Assembly: GCA_965203295.1 (NCBI GenBank)
Contig: CBDBCZ010000013.1
Span: forward strand, 704,001 to 768,000
Direction: 5' to 3'
DNA from: Nitrospirales bacterium
Lineage (GTDB): Bacteria > Nitrospirota > Nitrospiria > Nitrospirales > UBA8639
DNA: 64,000 nucleotides
The translations under genes and the position numbers were made by a program. Each line of letters starts with the position of its first letter. The stretch's first letter is position 1. Of this stretch, positions 13,517 to 46,446 are shown piece by piece. Under the pieces are notes generated by a model. That model did no database searches, was not told the DNA's origin, and saw only the letters and a program-made list of their open reading frames with translations.

Positions 13517-14368
13517 CAGTGGAACCTCCTAGAAGAGGACGCTATGGGGAAATGGCTTTTGTCCCGTGTAGAGAGGTTGGCCCTATCTCGGAGGTTCCTC
13601 TTTTTTTTTATTAAATCACGCTAATAATTATAGTTTTTTTATCTTTTAAACTATATATAATGAGTAATGAGTGTTCAGCTATAAAAGTAATAATGTAGAG
13701 TGGTCTGCAGTATAAATAGTTTCAAGAGTCCTGATGTATTGCTGAACCAATTCTTAGAGCTCCTTCTATATAGCCTCTGCTTTCTAAGACATTAATGAGA
13801 CCTTTGCAGAAGCGTCTGGAGGGAAGGTCAACCGAGGAGGAGGATATGGACTTGAGGTGCCGTGTGTGCAGACTTGGACCAAAAGTGTATATTGAAAAGA
13901 TGACGGACAACTCCCTGTCGTGAGGACTTCTTTAGCTAGCTAGCAAAAGCACTGGCTAGTGTAATGTAGCAGTTTTAAATTATAGCTCTGTAGCTACAGT
14001 TTTAACTTACAGGAGTACTAACCTTCGCGATAAAGCGCGCTCGAAATGCTCATTGGAGACCACGTTCCATCGCTACAGTCGAACTCATGCGATGACGTCG
14101 CGTTTTAGCGGACGTCATGCACAGTACGACAAAAATTAATCTGGGGGTGTGGCCAAGTGTCCGCTATTTAGAGGTATATTTGTATTGAAAGATGCCAGTC
14201 TGGACTTTGCTAGTGTCCGTTGTCCGGAGCAGAGAGGCGGAAAGGCGGTCGCTTCTCGGAGGTTACTTTTATATTAAACGCATGCTAAAATCAATCGGTG
14301 CTTTTGTGTTTGTCCGCTCGAGGGAGGTTGTCCGCTTCTGGGAGGGTCCGTTAAGAGAGGCTCCACTG
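13517..14368. mobile_element. pogo/Tigger-family MITE, copy B
   Basis: Same TIRs and TA TSD as 1089-1934, in the same orientation. Confidence 0.85.
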
Positions 14369-14694
14369 TATACCATGCACCACAATTCACCATGCACCAC
14401 AATTCACCAATACCCAACCTGCACAAATAATGCAAATAAAGCTACACGAGGCATAATTCGATTGCGTATTCCTAGTAATATTTGAGAAGCTAAGCGCTGC
14501 ACTGAGCGTCACACACATTTACAATTTTCCCACTCAAGTGCATGCATAATGCAGCAAGCGGTAACTGGAATAACTATGGCTAGGTTAAACTAACCCTTCT
14601 ATTTTTGCAGTGAGACACCCCTGAGCTAGCGTTATGCCCCAAAACCAATTTGTTACTACTGAAGTCTTTTCACTGCTTCCACAATTTGACTCAC

Positions 14695-14794
14695 GTGCAC
14701 CCTGTCCCTCCGCTCCGCGCGGTCGTGAGCAAAGGATGAGAGCAGTTATCAAGAGTGCCAGCAGACATCTACCGGATAGTCTTTCTCTGTCCAT
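14695..14794 (-). CDS. First coding exon (signal peptide) of a secreted or membrane protein gene continuing left of the window
   Basis: accATGG Kozak context. Translates MDRERLSGRCLLALLITALILCSRPRGAEGQGA: basic n-region, hydrophobic h-region and AEG|Q cleavage. Perfect phase-1 donor C|GTGAGT. CpG-rich sequence upstream. Confidence 0.6.
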
Positions 14795-14929
14795 GGTATG
14801 TTCCGCGCGAATCAGGAATTTGCGCAATCGGTCTAGAATTGCGCAAACTAGGAATCCACGTAATACTACTTTGGCGCGCAATCGCAGGCCTTTTAATAGA
14901 GACGCCCTTACAACTGGCCACTTCACAGC

Positions 14930-15140
14930 ATTCCCCGTCGTGTTGTTGCGGGTCCCACTTCATAGTTGAACATGCCCTTTTATGTCCAAAAGGTGGATAC
15001 CCATCGATTCCACACAATGATACCCAGGATTTCACCGCCCACGTCAAGACGGAAGTCTGCCAAAACGTGGCTGCATGTGTTGACTGCACTTTGTGTCTAA
15101 TTGATGGGTATCCACCTTTTGGACATGAAAGGGCATGCAT
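14930..15140. mobile_element. Fragment of an RLE-type (CRE/NeSL-like) non-LTR retrotransposon with an inverted duplication
   Basis: Plus strand reads CCCG..F.VEHALLCPKGGYPSIPHND...EVCQNV. Minus strand reads HALSCPKGGYPSIRH. A 39-bp inverted repeat lies at 14971-15009 and 15099-15137. Confidence 0.6.
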
Positions 15141-15677
15141 GTTCAACTGTCACATCACATCACTCGATATAGTGTTAATATTATTGTCCTACTTTTGTGG
15201 ACTTATCAGTATTAAATTTGTCACTTAGCTGTAGGCCATTGCTTTCATGACCCATGCAGCGCCCACCTGAGTATGAAAAGGCGAACAAAGCACTCTACCA
15301 GTGGTACACCTTAGCATGCTTAAACTTTCACAGGTGCTCTTGCTATCTCCTTCTTTTCTGTTAGCTAAGCACCACCAGGATAAATGTTCTTTCAGGGTCA
15401 GGGTTGGTCGAAGAAATGGGAGAAGAGGTACAATGTGAAACAGTTGAAAGTCAATGGAGAATCAGCTGATGTCCAGGGAGAAAATGAGGATGCATGGAAA
15501 GAGAGGCTTCCAGAAAATTGCACTTGTGGCTCAATATAGGGACTACAAGAATTTTATAAAGTGACTTATAACCTGTTATAATGGTATAGGAATGGTTATT
15601 GAGTATATAGCAAATAATAAGCATGCAGGTAATAAGTAAATATAGAGGGCCATGGGTGGTTGTAGCAGTTATACATA

Positions 15678-16259
15678 CCGTAATTCGCTTTTTTTTCGTT
15701 TACTAAATTTTCGTGTAAAAAATATTCGTGTTAAAATATTTTCGTATAAATCAAATTGTACGAAAATATTTTTGTACGAAAAATTTTACAATTCGCGCGT
15801 GGTGGGCATTAATTGAGCAGGTCGCACCTCGTGCAGTATCGTGTTCGAGTTGGCTAGCCGCGGCGAGAAGGAGCTGGCTTGTTGTGTTAGAGGCTACCAC
15901 GTTTACAAAGATATATGGGCAGCAGCGATTGGAGAAGAGCTGGAGTGCAGCTGACGCTATCGCTGCAGACGGCAGGTTCGCAGCTAGGGATCCCCTTGGA
16001 TCTGGTAGCCCGTTGATGGGCTTCAGGTAGCGTCGAATGGACATGGCTCCACAAAGAAGACAGCAGTTCGATCACCTTCACTTGTTCACACGACAAAATA
16101 TCTATGTTCGCACGTACTGCGTCTACTACTATATACGCGTACTCGTTCTAAATATTCGTCGAAAAAATGTTTCGTTGTAAAATTATATTCGTGTAAAATA
16201 TTTTCGTATATTTTCTGCGTACGAAAATATTTTCACAACGAAAATTAAGCGAATTACGG
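15678..16259. mobile_element. CCGTA-type MITE carrying a HIRAN-like fragment
   Basis: TA|CCGTAATTCGCTT ... AAGCGAATTACGG|TA. Internal frame CVRGYHVYKDIWAAAIGEELEC at about 15883-15948. Confidence 0.8.
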
Positions 16260-16429
16260 TACATGGCTATAGAGGGTTATAGGTGGTTATACATGCATGT
16301 GGTTATAGAGGGTTATACGTGGTTATACAGGGTTATATGTGGTTATACAGGGTTATTGGAGGTTATATACATGGTTATAGGTGGTTATACATGGTTATAG
16401 GTGGTTATAGAGGGTTATGCATGGTTATT

Positions 16430-17040
16430 TAATAGATAAACCACAGTAGCTGGGGATTTATGGCCATAAACAGCCCTCGCCCTCGGGCTAGGGCAGTTTA
16501 TGGACCTTATCCTACATTACATCATCTCTAATACATTTCATTGGACGAGAGCAGCAGGATATATAGGCGCCCAAAATATCCCCCCCTCGGCTGCGCCTCG
16601 GGTAAAACCGCATCCGCGGAGGATATATAGGCGCATATCCTCCGCTGTGACGTGTCTATCTGACTTATCCCACTACTGCGCATGTGCGTAACTATCGTGA
16701 AGTAGCTTGAGGTTATGTTACTAATATGTAACTAAGGAAGTACAGAACTGTAGTATATGAAACATGATCTACAACTTCCTGTCAGTATGGGATTTATTAC
16801 CCGTCTGTTACTATATATAGAAACAAGGGTGAAGTGGAGAATATGTATAGGGTAGATCGCGTCACAGCGGAGGATATGCGCCTATATATCCTCCGCGGAT
16901 GCGGTTTTACCCGAGGCGCAGCCGAGGGATAAAACCGTATCCATGGAGGATATTTTGGGCGCATATCCTCCGCTGGGGCGTGGTCTATCTGACTTATCCC
17001 ACTACTGCGCATGTGCGTAACTATCGTGAAGTAGCTTGAG
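16430..17040. repeat. Palindromic hairpin elements (Crypton-like non-autonomous type), two copies
   Basis: Long stems around the loop CCTCGGCTGCGCCTCGG. A 58-bp direct repeat lies at 16654-16711 and 16983-17040. Confidence 0.55.
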
Positions 17041-17188
17041 CTCTATAACCATGTATAACCACCAATAACCATGTATAACCATGTATAACCACCAAGAACC
17101 ATGTATAACCCTCTATAACCATGTATAACCACCAATAACCATGTATGACCCTGTATAACTACGTATAACCCTGTATAACCACCAATAA

Positions 17189-17665
17189 CAGGGCCGTAGC
17201 CACCGGTCCGGTTGGTCCGGTTTTAACCGGACCACTTTCCGGGGCACCAAAAATTTTGTTATTGCGTGAAGCGTCGCGTGTTCAATTATCAAGTTCGCGC
17301 ACGTGTGAATTATCAAGTTCGAGAGCGATGGCAGAGAGTAGTTTGAAAGCGTCGCTTCCGAGTCTTCCTGACAAGCCTCATCATCCCAAGGAGCATGCCT
17401 ACGCCTTTGCGGAGCCGCGGCTTCTCAAGCTTCTGTGAGATTGCTAGCGAGCACTATATGGGTAAGTATTGCAGCAGGTCATCTAGCTCTTGCTTTTTAC
17501 TCAAAATTGCATCAGAAACGATCTCAGAAGGCCTAAAATCCAAAATTTTCCTGGGGGGCATGCCCCCAGACCCCCCTAGCAAGTGCGCTTCGCGCGTTTT
17601 ATATGCTACGCTCGTTTCAGATTATGGCCAACCGGACCACTTCAATTTTGGTGGCTACGGCCCTG
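17189..17665 (+). mobile_element. hAT-family MITE with a 5-bp TSD
   Basis: AATAA|CAGGGCCGTAGCCACC ... GGTGGCTACGGCCCTG|AATAA. Internal MAESSLKASLPSLPDKPHHP resembles a hAT transposase start. Confidence 0.75.
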
Positions 17666-18392
17666 AATAACCCTCTATAACCATGTATAACCCTGTATAA
17701 CCCTCTATGGCCACCTATAACTGCCTAAAACCGTACCCTCAGGCTCGATAACCATGCCGTATACATCTCATTTATCCTCATTCTGTATCCATATTATTGC
17801 TCATTACCTGCATGCTTATTATTTGCTATAATATACTCAATAACCATTCCTACCATTATAACAGGTTATAAGTCACTATAAATTCTTTTTGTCCCTATAC
17901 TGCGCCTGGTCAAAGAAAATGTTAATGGCTATGCAGAGGAATACATATGGAACATGGATGAGACGGGAGTGTTTTGGCAGACTCTACCTGATTATGGTTT
18001 GGGCAAAAGGGGAAGCAATGTTACGGAGGCAAGAAGAGCAAGAAATGGGTAACTGTGGCTTTCTCTGTTTGTGTGGCAGGTTAGAAGCAGAAACTTATTC
18101 TTAACTATATGGAAATCTGACTCTCCAAGGTGTTTACAGAAGTTCAACAAGTTGGCTCTACCGGTTGATTACCTTGAACAGAAGAAAGCGCGGATGATGG
18201 GGGAGAATATATGGATGATGTCCTTATGAAGCTCAATAGGCACTTGCAATTGTCGTCCATGGAGCAATCACTCAATTCTATAGATAATGCTAGCTGCCAT
18301 CTTGAAAACATACCCTGTAATTCAACAACATACATCAAGGTTTCTTTTCTGTCCGCTAACAAAGATACAGCCACTTGACCTTGGCATATAAT

Positions 18393-18697
18393 TAGTGTTG
18401 TTTTAGTATGGCTTTACATAATTAGATTTAGTTTTAGTAAAAATGCTAGTGAAGAAGGAAATTTAGTTTTAGTTATAGTTAGTTAACTAAAAGGAAAAAA
18501 GGGTTACTAAAAGTGTTTTAGTTATAGTTAACCATAACTAAATGTGGAGATTCTGGTGAAAAAAGTATTAGTTTAGTTATAGTTTATTCTCAGAGGCCAA
18601 TACCCTTGAAGTTTTAGTTTTAGTTTGTTAACTAAATCTTTTTTTGCTCCAACTAAAACACTTTTTGTTTTAGTTCCAGTTAACTAAAACAACACTA
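18393..18697. mobile_element. hAT MITE with an 8-bp TSD
   Basis: CATATAAT|TAGTGTTGTTTTAGT ... ACTAAAACAACACTA|CATATAAT. Confidence 0.85.
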
Positions 18698-19743
18698 CAT
18701 ATAATTAAAGTCCACTACAGACACTTCTTCTTGAGATATGTGTTATCTAAGATAGAGTGTGATACAGCTTCTGACGTGTGGTAAAGTCGGTCAATATCCT
18801 CACTACACTGACAGGTGGGTAGCGAGGGCTTGGTCACTGGTATAGGAGCAGAAACTATTGCCAAGTGCTTTAGGAAGGGTGCAATTATGGCATCCTGAAT
18901 GCTGACCTTGATGTTATATCTTGCGATCTTGAGGAGGAAGCTCAAGATGACCCTTTGTTAGAGGTTGACAAGCGTATGGAAGTACAGAGCCTCATTGAGA
19001 AGACCATGCCTACTGATAGATGTAGTGTGGATGAGTGAATGGTGATCTTCTAGTATACATGGAGTTTGACAGTGACAGCTGAGAGGCTGACTTCTTGTGA
19101 CAGGAGGAACAGGAAGTAGCTGATGAAGAGGATGAAATGGACGTATAGAACCCCCTCCTCCAAAACTCCAGAATATCAAGGAGGTAGTACAGTCCCTTCG
19201 AGATGTTCAGCAGTTCGTAGAAAGTACAAGCTATATAGAAGTTCTACGAATCGATTCAGCAATAGACGTACCATGACCGTCTGGAAACTGAAATCCTCAG
19301 AACAGACCACTCTACATGACTACTTTCATAGCTGATCGTCATAGCTCATTATATATTGCTTAAAAGATAAGTAGATCAATAATTTGTATTAGTCTGGTGA
19401 TTTTTTAATGAAAAACAAACCTCTGAGACAGGGACGACCTCTCTGCAAGGGACAAAGCCATTTCCCCAAAGCGTCCCTTTCTCAGAGGTTCCACTGCAAT
19501 TGAACACTATGCAAGGCACCCTTATTGCAGAATGCCTGTCTGTCAGGATAAACACACAATGATGCGTTTAGTGCTCTGACATTAATTTTGTGTGCCTGCG
19601 CCAGTAAGCAGTTATTACTGCTATGTACTTGTAGAAAGGACTGGCTAACTGCTTGAAACCCTTGCACGCAACAACCTTACTATCCAAGTGTACTGCACAT
19701 TAACATTAGAAATGCATTAATATCATTAATAAGCTTATAATCT

Positions 19744-41436
<21,693 letters not shown>

Positions 41437-41832
41437 TTCTCCTTCGTTACATCCGTACACCTCCGTATTCTGTCGGCTACACGTAAGTAGTGCGGGTTAG
41501 CGCGCGGAATGTAGCGGAGCAGAGTTGCAGCAACACCCCGGGATTTTGCTATTGCCTGTGAGCACCGATGAAATGATGGTTTTGTTAGCAAGAGCGGCCG
41601 GCAACTGCTAGGCTATATAAAAGCCTGTAGCTGGCCTGACTTTTGCTAAGCTAAGCCGTTTAGCCTGAGCTCTAGGTTTTCATTTCACCCTGGCTATTTT
41701 TACTTGTTCGTATAGGGTGAATAAAACGATAAACTTCACTTTCACAGTATAATTTTGTGAACTTGAATTAAATATTTGTATTAAACTCCCAGTGCATGAC
41801 ATCATTTACCAAATCATTTAAAGTTTGTTTTT

Positions 41833-44715
41833 TTAATTCACTGACAAAACTTCATCCTCAGTTCCCTGAGCCAGTTGTACTTCTCCCAGAAACTCCACTG
41901 CTTCAACGATGGCTCTCCACGTTGGAGCAGGGTCCACTCTCTGCAGCCAGGTGGTCAGTATCTCCACAAGGCAGTCCTGAGAACTCTGTTGCTTGTCACG
42001 GGCAATGGCGTCCAAAGTGGCCGGTGGAAGCTCTAGGTAGACACCAAGGTGTTTCCATCTGTGAGCCACCTTGTGATACAGGGCGGACATCAGCTCCTTT
42101 GGCTTTGGGGTGCACTCTGCATAGTACAAAAGTGCTGTTAATCTGGCGACCGATCAGCTAACTGTCAACATAACTTTCAAGTAATTACCTTGGCTTTGAC
42201 TGTGAATATGTGATGGACTTGCTGCTGGATAGATATTAGTCTTACCATCAGCTGCAGGAACTTAATTGGAAATTAAAATTCATGATTATTTCAATGCTAT
42301 GAAGAGTGAAAAAGTATTGTGCTACATGAATTTTAAGGAAGGTCAAAGTTGCTAACAGTATCCTCATTCCCAGACTCTCAATCCAGCCCCTTTTTTCGCC
42401 AAAAAATCTCGTACTCCTATAGTGCAAGCAATTGCTAAAACATGGGGTTGAGGCCTGGGAACAAGGCTATAGCTATAATGTGTATATAAAGATAGCAAGT
42501 AATTCTCGTCATAATTGTCTCATATGTGGCATCTGCTTAGCCCTTTACCTAAAGTTGGAAGTGAATCGGATTCAATGACTATAAAGTCAAATGGTTGTTT
42601 TGCTCCTTTCAGTTTCACCCGGTGATACAGCTCTGCACTCTGCTGCTCCTTGCTCCGCTTGATTTGAAACTGGCAGGATGGGATGCGGCAGCCGGCTCAT
42701 AGCTGTCTAGTTTTCTTCTAGTGATCTAAAACAGAGTGCATTTAACTGAATGAATGGGCATACACCAATACACCATTTTCTAAGTTTGAGCCAAAACTGC
42801 AGCTATACAGTGACAAACTCTACGTACCGTCAGTGGAGTGAGAGGTATGATGTTCCACCCCTCTTGTGTTGCCAGCCCACTCTCTTCAATATCCAGCGTA
42901 ATCTTGTCCTCTGCAAACTCAATCTCCTGGTCTGGGCCTTCTATACAACCCTTCCCTGAATAGACTTTATTGACACTCTGCATGTAGAGGAAAGTATTAG
43001 CATGTTTGCTTATACCAGTGCTTATAATGGTGTTATCACTACTACAGGTGCCATACAGCTATGCATCCTACAAGCTCTGCCATGGGCCTCTGGCGGCCAC
43101 AAAGTATATCTTAATCCTTCTGGTATTGTGTATTCGGCCTAATTATCACTATAGATCTTCCCTTGAGTAAGCATGTAATGTAGAATTGATATTGTTCAGC
43201 ATAAATGATTGCTCCTACACTGCCAGGGCTGTTCTGAACCAGGGTATCTCAGTGGGATTTTGAAATGAATAATTTATTAAGTAATAGCAGCTGAAGCCTT
43301 GCAATGACCAAAGGAGTGCTGAGCTTCTGTTCCAAACTTTTACAGAAGGAATCACAGTAAGTCATACTTTATGAATATTATTTTGGTACCAGGAATTTAT
43401 TTTACCTAGCTCAAGACAGAAACTTGCTGAACTTCAACGGGTGTACACATACCATATCTAGATTTCTTTTTGTAACCGTGGGATAATTTTTTTCAGAGAA
43501 GTAGGACTGGTTTTATTTGTGTAGTAAAATTTTAGGGTTCTAAGGTGAATTGCATATTAAAACTACGTTATTGTGTACACATTATTATATTTATGTGTGA
43601 TGCATAACGCATAATTGCGTTCGAATGTTTACTTCAATGCAACATTCACAATTTACAGTTATGCAATGAAAATCGCCCCTATGGTAAGAGGCTATTGTAC
43701 AGACAACCTGAGCTAGTCCTTACCCTGGTACCAAATATGAAAGTATATTTTCTTCAGTGTATGGATTTGGATACAAGTTCAGCACTTCTATGATTATTTA
43801 AAGGCTTCGCCAACTATCACCAAATATGGCAAACAATTAGTAGTTACAAATTCCCAACAATATTAATTGGCTTCCTGCAGTAGTGCAGAGACAACCCTAA
43901 AACAAACCTTGCAGTGTAGCAGGGTATAGCTCTACCAGTTTAGCTATACACAGCCAATGAATTTTATATATTATATGTGCTCACCGTTATGTATGCCTCC
44001 AAGTCCTTTGTCACAACAAAATGAGCTGTCCAATTGATTCTACTGCCAATGTAGTACTGCTTTGCACAGTAGAGCTGCTCACTGCCCTCGGCCTCTTGTG
44101 TGACTCCCAGACCAGAGAAATGCAGAAGAGCAATGCTCGCATAGGAAGAGAAGGAAGAAAATACCCCACCTTCCAAAGGCTTGAACTGATATGGGAGATC
44201 TCCCTGGGAACACTTTGCTACAGCGAACTTCAGGGGATATCTTGTGATCGATTTTGCATAGTGCTGTATTTCTAGTGTAACTGGTTGCTGGAACATCACT
44301 GGAGTCTGTATCCAATACACGGCACTCACAAGTGTGGTGTTGCCAGGGAAGTGGTACTGACCAGTTAGGCTAGCCTTGATGTTAACGCTGCTCTGTTTTA
44401 TTCCAGGTGGTAGGGAGGCTGGGGGGATGTGGAGCTTCAGTCCATAGCCTTTCCAGTGGAATGTCTGCGCCTCGTTTGTCACTAAGCAGCTAGTTTCTTC
44501 TATGACATTTACTCCCCTAAGGTAAGCTATAATATAAGGCAACTTAAAGATATTGTTCTGATTATACACATAGCTATGTAGCTATATACATACCTGTTGT
44601 TGCTACTTGAATATGAGTTTCTTCACAGCTCTGACTTTTCAGTTTCTTCTGTATATTCTGTGCTGGTTCATTCGTCTGCAATGCAGAGCCTTCAAGCATC
44701 TTCATTTTCTTTTCT
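41833..44715 (-). pseudogene. ZU5-UPA-Death domain protein (UNC5/ankyrin/PIDD-like tail), frameshifted
   Basis: Exons about 44715-44594, 44526-43985 (FHWKGYGLKLHIPPASLP..LVSAVYWI..VTLEIQH), 42977-42828, 42725-42549 (1-nt deletion at about 42694), about 42260-42189 and 42116-41833 (death domain WKHLGVYLEL..LDAI..CLVEILTTWL..PTWRAIVEAV). Confidence 0.75.
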
Positions 44716-44835
44716 ATTCCAATGTACAAAGCAAATGACAGCTTAGAACACAGAGCCTATAAACTCTGCATGTAGCTAGCTATCTCCCTCACTGTCTCCC
44801 TCTGCTCCCAGTTTTATTATAGCTAGGTACTTCTG

Positions 44836-45879
44836 CTAACCTCGGATGCGTGCTCTGAAAACACAGGGAGATGCTTGCAGAAACACCGTGTCACCTCCCA
44901 CCACCAGCAACTCCCCAGTAGGGAGGACCACAGTGCAACTGGAGGTGAGAGCTTCCGGCATATCTCCTACCCAAACCCAAGAGGCAAGATGGGGCGCGTA
45001 TGCAAAGATGGCAGATGTAGATAAACTGGTAGTAGCAGTTTCTCCACCGATGGCCAAAAGCTGTTTTTCACAGACAGCAGGGCTGGAGTGCTGAAGGGGT
45101 GTAGGCCCAGGTAGGATGCTCCAAGCAGCTGTCTCCTTTGCAGAAGATACACCATCTATAAGCAACTCCAGTGGGATATAGAATACACTCTGTGACTGCC
45201 CGTGCCCGCCAAGCAAATACCAGTTACCTTCATAACACACAGTTTTCATGCGACAACAGGCTATATAGGGATGCAACCCCCGTCCACTGCTGACCATTGC
45301 AGACCTCCACTGTATCCAGGACAGTCAGGTTGTCTGTAGCTCCTCCAGCAACTACGATATGGTGTTGTGTAGCGATGGCAGAGGCCCAGTATCGGGATGT
45401 GGTTAGATCAGGAAGACTTGAGCTCCAAGAGGACTTTGCTCCCTCCTCACTCTGAAACATCCAGAGCTTTTTTGACATCTTATCAGTTGATGACTCAATC
45501 CCACCTATCAGCACCAACTTTTCTTGGTAGGCAGCAAGGGCTGACCAATAGCAAGGGCTTTCAATTATCTCCCATGCATCATCACATGACAAATCACAGG
45601 CGTAGACATTAGCAGCCGAGATATCATTTGTAGAATCGACGATGTCATACACATCTCCTCCTCCCACATAGACCTTCTTTCCCAGTAGGACAGCCTGGGC
45701 ATCATACATAGCAACAGGCAGAGAACTGCACTCTTTCCACTCACCAAAAGCATTTGCCTGTCAATACAAACACATGTAGTGGATAGCTTAGATTCTACCC
45801 TGCCCAAGGCATAAAGTACATCATAATCTAGCTAGCTATAGCTAATTATGAAATTGCAAACCTTTTCAAACTCTGCCAT
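44836..45879 (-). pseudogene. Kelch-repeat beta-propeller protein with one frameshift
   Basis: Exon MAEFEK (45879-45862) splices to 45757. Repeats VYVGGG, LVLIGG, IVVAGG, WYLLGG, LLAIGG and LLVVGG. Frameshift at about 45265 between ORFs 45230-45709 and 44836-45297. Confidence 0.75.
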
Positions 45880-46446
45880 GTTTTTGCCAAATACCTGTGG
45901 GACACTGACCCATTTAGCTATAACTTATTTTAGCGGATGTACATGATATTGCGTGGTTTCTATAATAACAACAAAAAAGCCCAGCCCAAATATATACATG
46001 GCTTCATATCAACTTGCTTCACACATGCAATGACTATGCTAGAATACGATGTAAATATATACAGGCATTTAATTGGCCTTTATTCCCAGTATGTATCATG
46101 GAGTACAGCGTGGTTGGCAAGAGGTAGGGATGGCAATCAATGAAATTTCTGTAGTGTCATTCCTACCTTAACTTGTTCGGTTACTTTCTATACAATTCCA
46201 TCCCTATATGCCCTTTCATAGCCACCTTGTGGTATCTGTTCCACAGGAGCCAGGCAACCAGAATACTGTAACATTCACCTCTATCAGATATCATAGATTT
46301 TACGGTGTTCATTGATATTTTATCATCCTAACTGGGGAATGGCAGCTAGTGGCTGATAGATTACCGAGAGAGATTGGAGGTAAAGTAAATCTAGTTCGAG
46401 GGGGCAAGCCACAAGGCGTTACGGCTGGGCCGATGAGACAATAGTC

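Larger units (their letters stand above)
89..14475 (+). mobile_element. Probable non-autonomous Helitron, now inflated by nested insertions
   Basis: 5' end is A|TCTATATATCTATATTTCTATAAAG at 89. 3' end is a weak hairpin gcataattcgattgc followed by CTAG|T at 14472-14476. This fits the A|TC...CTAG|T Helitron rule with no TSD. No Rep/helicase ORF is present. Confidence 0.5.
15519..17912. mobile_element. Foldback-like element with long TIRs and minisatellite arms
   Basis: About 110-bp inverted arms at 15528-15640 and 17800-17906. An array of about 10-bp GGTTATACAT units on the left is mirrored by ATAACCATGT units on the right. Approximate 8-bp TSD cagaaaat/aagaaaat. Confidence 0.65.
15370..19496 (+). 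pseudogene. Degenerate pogo/Tigger transposase with its 3' TIR, split by nested insertions
   Basis: KWEKRYNVKQLKVNGESADV..WKERLPE (about 15400-15515) resumes as VNGY..YIWNMDETGVFW..LPD..GGKKSK at 17920 onward, then DNASCH and QPLDLGI. The TIR ends GAGGTTCCACTG at 19496. Confidence 0.8.

Noticed and set aside
1089..14368. Twin 850-bp direct repeats as LTRs of a retroelement containing the RT
   Set aside because: Each repeat has its own TIRs and TA TSD. The RT is a non-LTR type with its own TSD.
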